Of a DNA stretch of 64,000 nucleotides, positions 1-9,755 are shown piece by piece. Origin of the DNA: Bacilli bacterium (GTDB lineage Bacteria > Bacillota_I > Bacilli_A > RF39 > UBA660); contig JAFQSD010000004.1 in NCBI GenBank assembly GCA_017409785.1, positions 130,910 through 194,909 of the forward strand. The letters run 5' to 3'. Numbering within the stretch: the first letter of the stretch is position 1; each line of letters starts with the position of its first letter. A program made the translations under genes and the position numbers. Below the pieces are notes generated by a model. That model saw nothing but the letters and a program-made list of their open reading frames with translations, made no database searches and was not told the origin of the DNA.

Positions 1-698
1 TACCAGGATTTGAACAACCAGTAGTAATATTAACAGCCAATGCTATAACAGGAATGAAAGAAAAATACTTAAGTGAAGGATTTGAAGATTATCTAGCAAA
101 ACCAATCGAAAAGGATGAACTTATTAGAGTATGTAATACAGTATTTACTAAATATCCAAATATTTCACAACAAGTACCAGAAGTTGCACCAGTAGCACCA
201 GTTGAACAAATAGGAGAATCTTCACAAGTAGAAGAAGTTGAATTAATAGAACCTATTGAAACGGTAGAAGAAATAGAACAACTAGAAAATACAGAAGAAC
301 TTGAAATAATTGGTGAAGAAACAATAGAACCCAAGTCAAAAGAAGAATATCTAAAATCAAATGGTGTAGATTTAGAAAAAGCAAAAGAACTACTAGGTGA
401 TATTGAAATGTATGATATGACTATTTCTGATTTCTTATCAGAAGTAGAAGAAAAATGGCAAAATATTATTACATATAAAACTAACAATGATATGGAAAAC
501 TATGCTATTGAAGTTCACTCATTAAAGAGTGATGCTAAATACTTAGGATTCATGTCTTTAGCAGATATCTCATATCAACATGAATTAAAAAGTAAAGAAA
601 ATGATTCATCATTTGTTAATGAAAACTTTACTAAGTTAGAAGAAGAATATAATAAAGCCTTAAATATTGCAAAAACTTACAACGAAATGTCAAAATAA
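1..698 (+). CDS. C-terminal part of a hybrid two-component protein: end of a receiver (REC) domain followed by an Hpt phosphotransfer domain. The 5' end lies outside the window.
   Basis: The frame is open from position 3 (PGFEQPVVILTANAITGMKEKYLSEGFEDYLAKP is the C-terminal REC motif). An Hpt-like motif HSLKSDAKYLGF is present. Stop at 698. Confidence 0.55.
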   Translation, partial: PGFEQPVVILTANAITGMKEKYLSEGFEDYLAKPIEKDELIRVCNTVFTKYPNISQQVPEVAPVAPVEQIGESSQVEEVELIEPIETVEEIEQLENTEELEIIGEETIEPKSKEEYLKSNGVDLEKAKELLGDIEMYDMTISDFLSEVEEKWQNIITYKTNNDMENYAIEVHSLKSDAKYLGFMSLADISYQHELKSKENDSSFVNENFTKLEEEYNKALNIAKTYNEMSK

Positions 699-722
699 AA
701 CTTCAGTATATCTGAAGTTTTT

Positions 723-1181
723 TTATAAATTTAAAACATAAATTGTAAATGATAAAATAACTGCAAAAGTAGAAAGTAAAACATATGGTATTAATAATTT
801 ACTACTTTTTTCTTTTAAATTATAAGTTTCACTAACTAAAAACAAACAACTTATTAGTGTACCAACACAACTTACAAAACCTAAGAAATTATTTCTTAGT
901 CCAAAAAATAATAAAGTATAACTTTGATTAAACAAATAATTAATAAATAAAGTTAACTTATATGATAAATTAATTTCTTTAATTCTATAAGAATCAAGAA
1001 TATTTACCATACTTATAGCAATTAATATGTAAACTATTGTCCAAGCGATGCTATAAAATATGGTAGGTGGAGCAAACCATGGTAAAATAATTTCATTATA
1101 ATAATTATAATCAAATGGAATTAAAGAAATTAAGAACCATGGAGCTAAACATAAAATAAATATAAAAATTTTTCTTATCAA
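723..1181 (-). CDS. tspO: TspO/MBR family tryptophan-rich sensory protein (5-TM membrane protein).
   Basis: Contains ILPWFAPPTIFYSIAWTIVYIL, which matches the TspO signature (PxWxPP...W..LY). About 150 aa with 5 hydrophobic segments. TTG start with an AGAGGTGA RBS. Confidence 0.55.
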   Translation of the reverse strand: MIRKIFIFILCLAPWFLISLIPFDYNYYNEIILPWFAPPTIFYSIAWTIVYILIAISMVNILDSYRIKEINLSYKLTLFINYLFNQSYTLLFFGLRNNFLGFVSCVGTLISCLFLVSETYNLKEKSSKLLIPYVLLSTFAVILSFTIYVLNL

Positions 1182-1246
1182 AGAATCACCTCTTTTTTTA
1201 TTTTATGTTTTATATTATAATAATATTAGTATTTTAGGAGGTAAAC

Positions 1247-2404
1247 ATGAAGCATGATGATGTATTATTCGATGATAAAAATGTAATGGCTATGAAGCTA
1301 CTTCATTATTTTATTACCGAAAAAAATTATAATCCTATTATTCTTCAAGGTGTAGAAGATGAAATTTGGTTAGAAAACTTACAAGAAGAGTACCAAGTAG
1401 TTCGTATTGTTTCAGGTTATATTCACAATGACGAACAATTTGATTTTGATAAATTTAAAACCAAAAGAATCATGAAGAAAATTAAAAGAAAAACATTATC
1501 TTTATTTAATATGAATGTTGCATCTTTCTTCTTAAACTTAGGTGAAAACGTAAACTTAAAAGATGCTAATACTAAAAATAGTATTTGTATTCGTTTAAAA
1601 GAAGAAAGTGATTTAAATAGAAATGAAACTGCTAAAAAAGCATTTCCTGATTTAAAAAAGAAATTAAAATTTACTGAAAAGGGGACAGAATTATTTATGA
1701 AGATAACAGGTGATATCAGTAAACATAATCAAGAAGATGCAAGAAAAGTTGAAAAAGTATTTAAAAGCAAGTTCCCAATGATTACATATATTTTAATAGC
1801 ATTTAATATAATCCTATATGTAACACCAGTAATATTTGGAGAACTAAATAATGTAATCTTAGATTTCTGTGTTCATGGTCCAAGTATTAGATACGGTCAA
1901 TACTATCGATTATTAACAGGAACATTCCTACATACTGGTCTAATGCACTTACTACTAAACTGTTATTCTTTATATGTATTAGGTAGTCAGCTAGAAAGTT
2001 TCCTAGGTAAAGCTAAATTCACAGTAATATATTTTGTTAGTGCTATATTTGGTAGTTTATTCTCAATGACATTCAATGGAGATACAGCATCTATTGGAGC
2101 AAGTGGAGCAATCTTTGGTTTAATGGGAGCATTACTATACTTTGGATATCACTATCGAGTATATTTAGGTAATGTTATGAAAAGCCAGATAATACCATTA
2201 TTAGTAATTAACCTTGTAATGGGATTTGTCGCATCAGGTGTAGACAATGCTGCTCATATCGGTGGACTAATCGGAGGAGCATTAATCACATTATCTCTAG
2301 GAGTTAAAAATAAAAGTAGTTGGTTTGAAGAAATAAATGGTTGGATCATAACCTTAATATTCTTAGCCTTCACAGTTTATATGGCATTCTTTTATGGCGT
2401 ATAA
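1247..2404 (+). CDS. gluP: Rhomboid-family intramembrane serine protease with an N-terminal cytoplasmic domain (GluP/YqgP-like).
   Basis: GASGAIFGLMGALL (the catalytic GxSG motif) and AHIGGLIGG (the catalytic His) sit within 6 TM segments. AGGAGG RBS. Confidence 0.75.
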   Translation: MKHDDVLFDDKNVMAMKLLHYFITEKNYNPIILQGVEDEIWLENLQEEYQVVRIVSGYIHNDEQFDFDKFKTKRIMKKIKRKTLSLFNMNVASFFLNLGENVNLKDANTKNSICIRLKEESDLNRNETAKKAFPDLKKKLKFTEKGTELFMKITGDISKHNQEDARKVEKVFKSKFPMITYILIAFNIILYVTPVIFGELNNVILDFCVHGPSIRYGQYYRLLTGTFLHTGLMHLLLNCYSLYVLGSQLESFLGKAKFTVIYFVSAIFGSLFSMTFNGDTASIGASGAIFGLMGALLYFGYHYRVYLGNVMKSQIIPLLVINLVMGFVASGVDNAAHIGGLIGGALITLSLGVKNKSSWFEEINGWIITLIFLAFTVYMAFFYGV

Positions 2405-2481
2405 TAAATACCAAACGATTATTGTAATTAAACACAAATAATGATAAAATTAAAATATAAATATTATGGTGAGGTGGTCAT

Positions 2482-2736
2482 ATGTCACAAGAAAATACAA
2501 GCTTATTTAGTGTTCAAGAACTAGATACAGAAATGACTCGTGTAACTTTAAAAGAAGTATACACAGCATTAGAAGAAAGAGGATATAATCCTATTAATCA
2601 AATAGTTGGATACTTAATTAGTGGAGACCCAGGATATATTTCTAGTTATAAAGATGCTAGAAATAAGATTCAAGAAATTGATCGTGCTAAAATCGTAGAA
2701 ATATTACTAGTAGAATTCCAAAATAAAAATAAGTAA
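2482..2736 (+). CDS. ireB: UPF0297/IreB family small regulatory protein (YrzL-like).
   Basis: 84 aa, with a [19 protein letters not shown] motif. It sits directly upstream of ruvX, as in the Bacillus yrzL-yrrK-yrzB-yrrL cluster. Confidence 0.55.
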   Translation: MSQENTSLFSVQELDTEMTRVTLKEVYTALEERGYNPINQIVGYLISGDPGYISSYKDARNKIQEIDRAKIVEILLVEFQNKNK

Positions 2737-3152
2737 TGAAATATTTAGGATTAGACTTAGGAAGTAGAACTCTAGGAATCGCTACAAGTGATGCCACAGG
2801 CCTTATTGCGTCTACATATAAAACAATCCGTCATAATGAAGAATATGATAGATTGTTAGAAGAAGTAAAACAACTAATCGAAGAATTAAAAATAGATGAA
2901 GTTGTCTTAGGATTTCCTAAAAATATGAATAACACAATCGGACCTAAGGGAGAACTAAGTCTTGAATTTAAAGCAAAATTAGAAAAACTAGTAACAGTAC
3001 CAATTCATCTTCAAGATGAAAGATTAACTACGAAAAGTGCAACAGACATGCTTATTATGGGAAATGTCTCACGTAAGGACCGCAAAAAAGTTGTCGATAG
3101 TGTCGCAGCAACTATAATATTACAAACATTTTTAGATAGAAAGAGGAATTAA
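2736..3152 (+). CDS. ruvX: Putative pre-16S rRNA nuclease / Holliday junction resolvase-like protein RuvX (YqgF).
   Basis: N-terminus [19 protein letters not shown] is the YqgF RNase H-like motif. Its start overlaps the upstream stop (ATGA coupling). Confidence 0.8.
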   Translation: MKYLGLDLGSRTLGIATSDATGLIASTYKTIRHNEEYDRLLEEVKQLIEELKIDEVVLGFPKNMNNTIGPKGELSLEFKAKLEKLVTVPIHLQDERLTTKSATDMLIMGNVSRKDRKKVVDSVAATIILQTFLDRKRN

Positions 3153-3154
3153 TT

Positions 3155-3442
3155 ATGAAACCAAATACATTCTCAATGTTAGATGAAAACGGAGTAGAAG
3201 TAGTATATGATGTACTATTCACATTCGAAAGTGATGAAACAAAGAAAAACTATATAGTATATACAGACAATTCAAAAGATGAATTAGGAAATATCGAAGT
3301 TTACGCTTCAATCTATCATCCAGAAGACAATAACGGAAGATTAGAAGCAATCGAATCAGAAAAAGAGTGGAAAGTTATTGAAACAATTTTAGAAACTCTT
3401 CAAGAAGAAATTAAAAAGAAAACAGAAAATAACGAGCAATAA
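3155..3442 (+). CDS. DUF1292/UPF0473 family protein (YrzB-like).
   Basis: 95 aa acidic protein in the position of Bacillus yrzB between ruvX and mltG. A paralog occurs at 58370. Confidence 0.5.
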   Translation: MKPNTFSMLDENGVEVVYDVLFTFESDETKKNYIVYTDNSKDELGNIEVYASIYHPEDNNGRLEAIESEKEWKVIETILETLQEEIKKKTENNEQ

Positions 3443-3471
3443 TAAGCTCTTTATTTTTTCTAGGAGGTACT

Positions 3472-4548
3472 ATGGCAGTAAAAAAGAAAAGAAAGGCCAA
3501 ACCATTATTAATAATTTTAATAATCTTAGCAATATTATCTTTAAGTGCAGGAATAACATGGATGGTTTTGTCTAGTCCAATCGATAAGAATAATACTGCT
3601 AAAGTAGAAGTTATTATCCCTAATGGAACAACAACACGTCAAATAGGAGTAATTCTAAAACAAAAAGGATTAATTAGAAGCGAACTATTCTTTAATATCT
3701 ATATTAAACTAAATAGACCTTCTCCAATGAAGGCCTCTACATACACAATGACAAAAAATATGTCATTAGATGAAATAATAAAAATATTAGAAAGTGGAAA
3801 TAATTATAATCCTGATGTAATTTCTATTACTTTCAAAGAGGGAGAAAGAATCACTGATTTCTGTAAAACAATCTCTAAAAAAACAAATCATAGTTATGAT
3901 GATGCAATCGCTAAAATGAAAGATAAAGCCTATATTCAAACATTAATTAGCAAATATTGGTTCTTATCAGATGAAATATTAAATGACAGCATCTATTATC
4001 CATTAGAAGGATATCTTGCACCAAATACATATCAATTTACTAATAAAGATGTTTCAATTGAAGCAATCATTGAAACAATGTTAAAACAAACTGATAAAAT
4101 ACTTACAAAATATAAAAGTAAAATGACAAGTCCTGTTCATTACTATGTCACAATGGCATCAATGGCTGAATTAGAGGGAACAAATACTGAAAATAGAAAA
4201 CAAATTGTTAATGTTTTTGAAAATCGTTTAGCTAAAGGAATGAATTTAGGAAGTGATGTTACAACATATTATGCACTTCAACATCCAATGAATCAAGATT
4301 TAACAACTGCTCAGTTTGCAACAGTAAATCCATACAATACGCGTTCAACAACTATGATGGGTAAAATGCCAATTGGTCCAATCTGTAATCCATCAGAATC
4401 AAGTATAGAAGCAGCATTAACTCCAACACAGTCAACATATTTGTACTTTGTTGCTGATAAATATGGTAAAATATATTTCACAAGCACTTTGGCAGAACAC
4501 AATGCTAAAGTAAAAGAAATCAAGGATAAAGGTGACTGGATATGGTAA
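3472..4548 (+). CDS. mltG: Endolytic murein transglycosylase MltG (YceG-like).
   Basis: N-terminal TM anchor followed by a YceG-like extracellular domain. Conserved synteny (yrrL position). Confidence 0.65.
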   Translation: MAVKKKRKAKPLLIILIILAILSLSAGITWMVLSSPIDKNNTAKVEVIIPNGTTTRQIGVILKQKGLIRSELFFNIYIKLNRPSPMKASTYTMTKNMSLDEIIKILESGNNYNPDVISITFKEGERITDFCKTISKKTNHSYDDAIAKMKDKAYIQTLISKYWFLSDEILNDSIYYPLEGYLAPNTYQFTNKDVSIEAIIETMLKQTDKILTKYKSKMTSPVHYYVTMASMAELEGTNTENRKQIVNVFENRLAKGMNLGSDVTTYYALQHPMNQDLTTAQFATVNPYNTRSTTMMGKMPIGPICNPSESSIEAALTPTQSTYLYFVADKYGKIYFTSTLAEHNAKVKEIKDKGDWIW

Positions 4549-5135
4549 ATACAAATGATGCGCTCAAAGAAATAGAATTGTACGCAGAAGAAAATAATGT
4601 CCCAATTATGACAAAAGAAGGAATAACATTCCTAACAAACTATATAAAGAAATATAATATAAAAAGAATTCTAGAAATAGGAGCGGCAATAGGATATTCA
4701 TCTATAATGATGGCCTTAGTTGATGAAGAAATAGAAATAACAACTATCGAAAGAGATGAAAAAAGATATTTAGAAGCAGTAAAAAATATTAAAAAGTTCC
4801 ATCTAGAAGAGCGTATTAATTTAATATATAAAGATGCATTTGATGTAAATCTAACTGATCAATATGACTTAGTATTTATAGATGCAGCTAAAGCTCAAAA
4901 CATAAAGTTTTTTGAAAAATTCTCAAAAAATCTTAAACCTAAAGGAACAATTATTACTGATAATATGAATTTCCATGGACTTGTTGATAAAGAACCAGAA
5001 GAAATCAAAAGTCGTAATCTAAGAGCTTTAGTTAGAAAACTAAAAGACTATGCAACATTCCTACAAGAAAACAAAAAATTCGATACAGAATTTTTAGATA
5101 TAGGAGATGGCATAGCTATATCAAGACCAATATAA
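4542..5135 (+). CDS. Class I SAM-dependent O-methyltransferase (YrrM-like; caffeoyl-CoA O-methyltransferase family).
   Basis: SAM-binding motif LEIGAAIGYSS and DLVFIDAAK. Conserved synteny downstream of mltG. Confidence 0.7.
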   Translation: MVNTNDALKEIELYAEENNVPIMTKEGITFLTNYIKKYNIKRILEIGAAIGYSSIMMALVDEEIEITTIERDEKRYLEAVKNIKKFHLEERINLIYKDAFDVNLTDQYDLVFIDAAKAQNIKFFEKFSKNLKPKGTIITDNMNFHGLVDKEPEEIKSRNLRALVRKLKDYATFLQENKKFDTEFLDIGDGIAISRPI

Positions 5136-5243
5136 AAGATGTTAATAAACATCTTTTTCATATGTCAACAAAACAATAAAATGATTTCCAAATAGCAATA
5201 ATAATGCTAAAATAAAAATATAAATGGCAAAGGAGGAAAACCA

Positions 5244-6113
5244 ATGCAATATTTTCAAATATTAACATGTAATGATGCCCTAGGAACTTGTTGTACTGAT
5301 TTTGCTTTAGCATCAGTATTAGATGTAGTACGCAAATTCTTTAATATATTTCAATTAGTAGTTCCAATTCTTTTAATTGTTGGAGTGACAATTCAATTAA
5401 TAAAATTAATGAGTAATCCAGATGAAAAAGGTGGCGGAAAAAAAGTAATAAATAGAATTATTGCTGCTGTAGTTTGTTTCTTCCTACCAATGATGGTTGA
5501 CGTTGTACTTGGAATGATAAGTCAAACATCAACATTTAAAGTAGCAGATTGCTGGGAATTAGCCAAAATATCAAGTGAAGTTTCTCAAGCAAATAAAGCA
5601 ACGTATATTAATCCATATAAAGATGAAGAAAGAAAATCAATTTTAATTGATCCAAGCCTTTATAAACCAGGAACACCATCTAATCCAACTGGTTCAGATC
5701 CACAACCCGGTAATGGACAAGCTTCATTATTAGGTTCTCAAATAGTAGTATATGCCAAAAAATTCGTAGGACAAAGATATGTATATGGTGGTTCATGGAA
5801 CGGAGAACTACCATACACCCCAACTGACTGTAGTGGATTTGTTCAAGGAGTATTTAAACATTTTGGTATAAGTCTTCCAAGAACCACATCGACTCAATGG
5901 GCTGCTAAGTCAAAATATCAATTAGTAAGTCCAGCAGATATTAGAGCAGGAGACCTAGTAATGTATGACGGTCATGTCGGAATATTAACAGGTATTGGTA
6001 CAGAAGTAGTTCATGCTAAAGGATCAAAATGGGGAGTTGTTCTTGATCCTGACTATAGAACTTGTTCTAGTCATGCAATCCTTGGAATAATGCGAATTAA
6101 TGGTGTAAATTAG
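5244..6113 (+). CDS. Fusion protein: an N-terminal two-helix pilin-like membrane hairpin plus a C-terminal NlpC/P60 (C40) cell-wall peptidase.
   Basis: The N-terminal region ...IQLIKLMSNPDEKGGGKKVINRIIAAVVCFFLPMMVDVVLG is paralogous to ORF 26057 and to the C-terminus of ORF 26470. The C-terminus has the C40 Cys and His motifs DCSGFV...GHVGIL. AGGAGG RBS. Confidence 0.6.
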   Translation: MQYFQILTCNDALGTCCTDFALASVLDVVRKFFNIFQLVVPILLIVGVTIQLIKLMSNPDEKGGGKKVINRIIAAVVCFFLPMMVDVVLGMISQTSTFKVADCWELAKISSEVSQANKATYINPYKDEERKSILIDPSLYKPGTPSNPTGSDPQPGNGQASLLGSQIVVYAKKFVGQRYVYGGSWNGELPYTPTDCSGFVQGVFKHFGISLPRTTSTQWAAKSKYQLVSPADIRAGDLVMYDGHVGILTGIGTEVVHAKGSKWGVVLDPDYRTCSSHAILGIMRINGVN

Positions 6114-6122
6114 GAGGGGAAT

Positions 6123-6908
6123 ATGGCTAGTAATAGAAGAGTTAGACAAATAAAAAGAAGAATGAGTCCTAGCACCCAAAAATATTCCGTTATTTTAGGT
6201 GCAGTAATCCTAATTATGTTTATAATGTTTGTATTTTATAATAATACATCATCAACAAACTACAATAATATTAAACAAGATAAAGGAGCATATCTAGTTT
6301 ATACAAAATATTCTGATCAAAGTACAAAATATACTAAGGAAATCCCTTACGTTAATTTAAAAGCAGATATATTTAAAGAAGTAAATAAAGATATTTTAGT
6401 CTTCTGTGATAAATATATGTCAGAAAAAAGTATTATTACATATGAATATGATGTAAATGGAATTATTCTTTCACTTGTAATTAAAGTAATTAATAATGAT
6501 ACAACTTATGCCCCCGAACCATACTTTAGAACATACAATATCAATTTAGAAAGAGAAGAGGTTATTGCAGATGATGCCTTACTTCAATTCTTTGGAGTAA
6601 CTGAATCTAATGTTCAATATAAAATAAAAAGACAATTTAATAATTATTATTCTGATATAGTAAAAGAAAGATATTACTCGTCAAATGAATGTAGTTATGA
6701 ATGCTTTATGAAATGGCGTGGTGTTACAAAATATCTAGACCATGTATCTTATTATGTTAGGGATGGAAAACTAATTGCCTTTAAATCATTTATAGCTCAC
6801 TCAATATTTGGAGAAGAAGAATATTTTACTGATAAAAGTTTTGAATTTGAAATAGCAGATTCACCAATAGAAACAGACACAAGTTTACCATTATCAAGTG
6901 GTAATTAA
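6123..6908 (+). CDS. Bitopic membrane protein of unknown function (possibly T4SS-associated, VirB8-like topology).
   Basis: Basic N-terminus, one TM segment, then an extracytoplasmic domain. It is co-inserted with ORF 5244 inside the conserved yrrM-yrrN operon. GGAGGGG RBS. Confidence 0.4.
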   Translation: MASNRRVRQIKRRMSPSTQKYSVILGAVILIMFIMFVFYNNTSSTNYNNIKQDKGAYLVYTKYSDQSTKYTKEIPYVNLKADIFKEVNKDILVFCDKYMSEKSIITYEYDVNGIILSLVIKVINNDTTYAPEPYFRTYNINLEREEVIADDALLQFFGVTESNVQYKIKRQFNNYYSDIVKERYYSSNECSYECFMKWRGVTKYLDHVSYYVRDGKLIAFKSFIAHSIFGEEEYFTDKSFEFEIADSPIETDTSLPLSSGN

Positions 6909-6936
6909 TTGTATAAATAAAAAACTATGTTATAAT
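6909..6936 (+). promoter_or_regulatory. Candidate sigma-A promoter (TTGTAT-16-TATAAT) for a short plus-strand transcript that ends at the 6989-7026 terminator.
   Basis: TTGTAT at 6909-6914 and TATAAT at 6931-6936. Confidence 0.3.
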
Positions 6937-6988
6937 ATTATTAAGGAACATCTAATTTTCGTAGGTTAGGTGTTACTGTTTATGTGTG

Positions 6989-7026
6989 ACACCTAAAACT
7001 CTACTGAGTTAGGTGTTTTTCTTTTA
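6989..7026 (+). terminator. Rho-independent terminator (ACACCTAA/TTAGGTGT stem plus U-tract). An alternative upstream hairpin at 6966-6996 shares its left arm.
   Basis: 8-bp stem, 12-nt loop, then TTTTTCTTTT. The first copy of TTAGGTGT at 6966-6973 can pair with ACACCTAA instead, giving mutually exclusive hairpins. Confidence 0.5.
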
Positions 7027-7107
7027 TATTAATACTACAAGTAATATTAATAATAAAAAGAGGATTATTACTATTAGAGAAATAATTATAAAGTCATATC
7101 TCTTCAT
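7024..7107 (-). CDS. 27-aa hydrophobic peptide (MKRYDFIIISLIVIILFLLLILLVVLI), a candidate type I toxin-like small membrane peptide.
   Basis: AAAGGAGGTGA sits 5 nt upstream of the ATG (plus-strand 7105-7107, complemented). Single TM helix. Its 3' end is convergent with and overlaps the plus-strand terminator transcript. Not in the ORF track. Confidence 0.3.
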   Translation of the reverse strand: MKRYDFIIISLIVIILFLLLILLVVLI

Positions 7108-7260
7108 ATAATCACCTCCTTTCATTAAAGGACAGTAATCACCTAACAATTAAATGTTCCAATATAATTATTCGAAAAAATAAAATAATTTATCGCTAAA
7201 TAGAAAGTTGCTTACTTTCTTTTTTTAGTACTTTATTATATAATATGAACGAGGTGAATT

Positions 7261-8124
7261 ATGAAACTTTTAATAGAACCAAGTAACAAACAAGAATTAA
7301 ATATTGATAGTATAGATGGTCTTATAATTGCCTTAGAAGATTATGCAATTCAAAGTCCAGTTTACTATTCCCTAGAAGAAATAAAAGAATTAAGAAACGC
7401 TAATCCAAATATCGAATTATTTATAAGTATTAATAAAAATCTTTTAAATAAAGATATAGAACCATTAACTAAAATACTAATTGAATTAGATAAGTTGAAT
7501 ATTAATGGAATCTTCTTCTATGATTTAGCACTACTAAAATTAAAGAAAGAATTAAATTTAAAAACTGATTTAATATGGAGTCAAACACATATGGTAAATA
7601 ATTACAAAACATGTAATTATTACCATACTAAAGGAGTAAAATACGCACTACTAGGAAAAGAAATAACTTTAGAAGAAATTATTGAAATATTAAATAACAC
7701 AACAATAACTCCTATGGTTGAAGTACTAGGTTTACCAAGTGTTGCATTCTCTAAAAGAAAACTAATTTCTAACTACTATAAAGATTTAAATAAATCTTCA
7801 AAAAACTCATTAGAAGTATTAGAAAAAGTTACAGACACAACATATTTATTAACAGAAGATCAAAATGGAACAAGTTTCTTTATGAAAGATATTGTAAATG
7901 GAACATCAATTATTAAAGATTTATTTGCTAACGGCTTACAATATATTATTATGAGAGGATATGGTTTAGAAGCAGAGTTATTCAAAGAAATAATTGTAGA
8001 TACAAAAACTTATTTACAAACAAATTGTACTGATCAAAAGTATATTGAAAAATATCAAAAACTAGGTACAAATACAAACTTCTTCTTTAAAAAGACTATA
8101 TATCAGGTGAAGAAAAATGGATAG
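7261..8124 (+). CDS. YrrN-like protein (peptidase U32 family partner, by synteny).
   Basis: It is the first gene of a pair immediately upstream of the U32 peptidase at 8117, with a 4-nt overlap, as in Bacillus yrrN-yrrO. Confidence 0.4.
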   Translation: MKLLIEPSNKQELNIDSIDGLIIALEDYAIQSPVYYSLEEIKELRNANPNIELFISINKNLLNKDIEPLTKILIELDKLNINGIFFYDLALLKLKKELNLKTDLIWSQTHMVNNYKTCNYYHTKGVKYALLGKEITLEEIIEILNNTTITPMVEVLGLPSVAFSKRKLISNYYKDLNKSSKNSLEVLEKVTDTTYLLTEDQNGTSFFMKDIVNGTSIIKDLFANGLQYIIMRGYGLEAELFKEIIVDTKTYLQTNCTDQKYIEKYQKLGTNTNFFFKKTIYQVKKNG

Positions 8125-9310
8125 AGTAGAATTACTTTCACCAGCAGGTGATTTAGAAAGACTAAAAGTAACTCTTTTATATGGTGCAGATGCTGTATAT
8201 ATAGGAGGACAAAAATATTCATTAAGAGCAAATGCTACAAATTTTTCAATTGAAGAAATAAAAGAAGGTTGTGACTTTGCTCATAAGCTAAACAAAAAGG
8301 TTTACCTAACATTAAATATAGTTTTCCATAACGAAGATATGGATGGAGTAGAAGAATATATTAAAGATGTAGTAGAAGCAGGAATTGATGCTTTCATTGT
8401 AAGTGACCCATTTATTATTTCACATATCAAAACTAATTATCCAAATGTTGAAGTACACTTATCAACTCAAAATTCAACAAGTAATTATTCTGCGGTAGAG
8501 TATTTCAAAGAAGAAGGAATCAACAGAGTAGTACTTGCAAGAGAATTATCAAAAGAAGAAATAAAAGAAATAATTGATAAAACAAAAGTAGATATTGAAG
8601 TATTTATTCATGGAGCTATGTGTACATGCTTCTCAGGAAGATGTGCATTATCTAATTATGTAACAAACAGAGATGCTAATCGTGGTGGATGTTCTCAAGT
8701 ATGTCGTTTTGCATTTGAAACATCAGAAGAAAAGAAATTTACTATGGCTACAAAAGATTTAAATATGGCAACTTTTATTAAAGACTTAATCGAAATAGGT
8801 GTAAAAAGTTTAAAAGTAGAAGGACGCATGCGATCATTATATTATCTAGCAACAGTAATTGGTACATATAGAGAACTAATTGATTCTATCTATAATAATG
8901 ACTTAACAGAAGAAAAACTAAAACTACTAGAATATCGCTTAAGTAGAGTAGCCAATAGAGAAGTATCAACTCATTACTTTATGAAAGAAGCAGATGAAAC
9001 AGACCAATACTATACAGGTCGTCAAGAAATATCAAATCAAGATTACCTTGGTCAAGTAATTAGTTATGATAAAAATCAAAAATTAGTAAAAATATTTGAA
9101 AGAAATTATTTTGAACTAGGTGATACACTAGAATTATTCACCCCATCAGGAGAAGTAATAACATTTGAATTAGAAAAACTATTTGACGAAGAATTAAATG
9201 AAATTGATGTTGCTAGACACCCAGATAATATCTATTATTTATATTTAGATACAGAAATTGAAATACCAGAATATTCAATGATTAGATTAATTAAGAAAAG
9301 AGCTGAATAA
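8117..9310 (+). CDS. Peptidase U32 family (collagenase-like; YrrO/RlhA-like).
   Basis: N-terminus MDRVELLSPAGDLERLKVTLLYGADAVYIGG is the U32 signature. Cys-rich central region CTCFSGRCALSNY. Confidence 0.75.
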   Translation: MDRVELLSPAGDLERLKVTLLYGADAVYIGGQKYSLRANATNFSIEEIKEGCDFAHKLNKKVYLTLNIVFHNEDMDGVEEYIKDVVEAGIDAFIVSDPFIISHIKTNYPNVEVHLSTQNSTSNYSAVEYFKEEGINRVVLARELSKEEIKEIIDKTKVDIEVFIHGAMCTCFSGRCALSNYVTNRDANRGGCSQVCRFAFETSEEKKFTMATKDLNMATFIKDLIEIGVKSLKVEGRMRSLYYLATVIGTYRELIDSIYNNDLTEEKLKLLEYRLSRVANREVSTHYFMKEADETDQYYTGRQEISNQDYLGQVISYDKNQKLVKIFERNYFELGDTLELFTPSGEVITFELEKLFDEELNEIDVARHPDNIYYLYLDTEIEIPEYSMIRLIKKRAE

Positions 9311-9311
9311 T

Positions 9312-9743
9312 ATGCCAAAGTATTACTATGTAGATTTATATGAAGTTAGATATAAAGATGGTTTTCGAGGACAAGCAATTTATGTTTCTGACATAATTGT
9401 CGAAAAGAAATTTAACCAAGTAAGTGAATTATTAACTGAGTATAGAATTGATGTGCTCCCAGATAGTGCCAAAATAAATCAGTTTGGTGTTATAGACGAA
9501 GCTTATCACGATAAGAAAACAGCAGAAGAGACTGGCTATCATTTAGTAGTATTTAGAAGTGCACTTAATAAAGGACACTTAGTTACACCTACAATGATTG
9601 AAGACTATGTAGATGAGTATGAATGCGATGATATAAGATTTAAAGAAATATACGAAGATATCAAATCAAGAACAGAACCACAAGTTAAAAAAGAACCAAC
9701 AGTTAGACAAAAAGTCAAAACTTATAAAGGGACAAAAAAATAA
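9312..9743 (+). CDS. Hypothetical protein.
   Basis: 143-aa ORF with ATG start, tightly spaced after the U32 gene. Confidence 0.4.
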   Translation: MPKYYYVDLYEVRYKDGFRGQAIYVSDIIVEKKFNQVSELLTEYRIDVLPDSAKINQFGVIDEAYHDKKTAEETGYHLVVFRSALNKGHLVTPTMIEDYVDEYECDDIRFKEIYEDIKSRTEPQVKKEPTVRQKVKTYKGTKK

Positions 9744-9755
9744 AGAGGTGAGCAT

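Noticed and set aside
89-487. 132-aa minus-strand ORF.
   Set aside because: It lies entirely antisense inside the REC-Hpt coding region. Its composition is Ser/Ile-rich low complexity, and it has no RBS.
4311-4523. 70-aa minus-strand ORF.
   Set aside because: Antisense within mltG.
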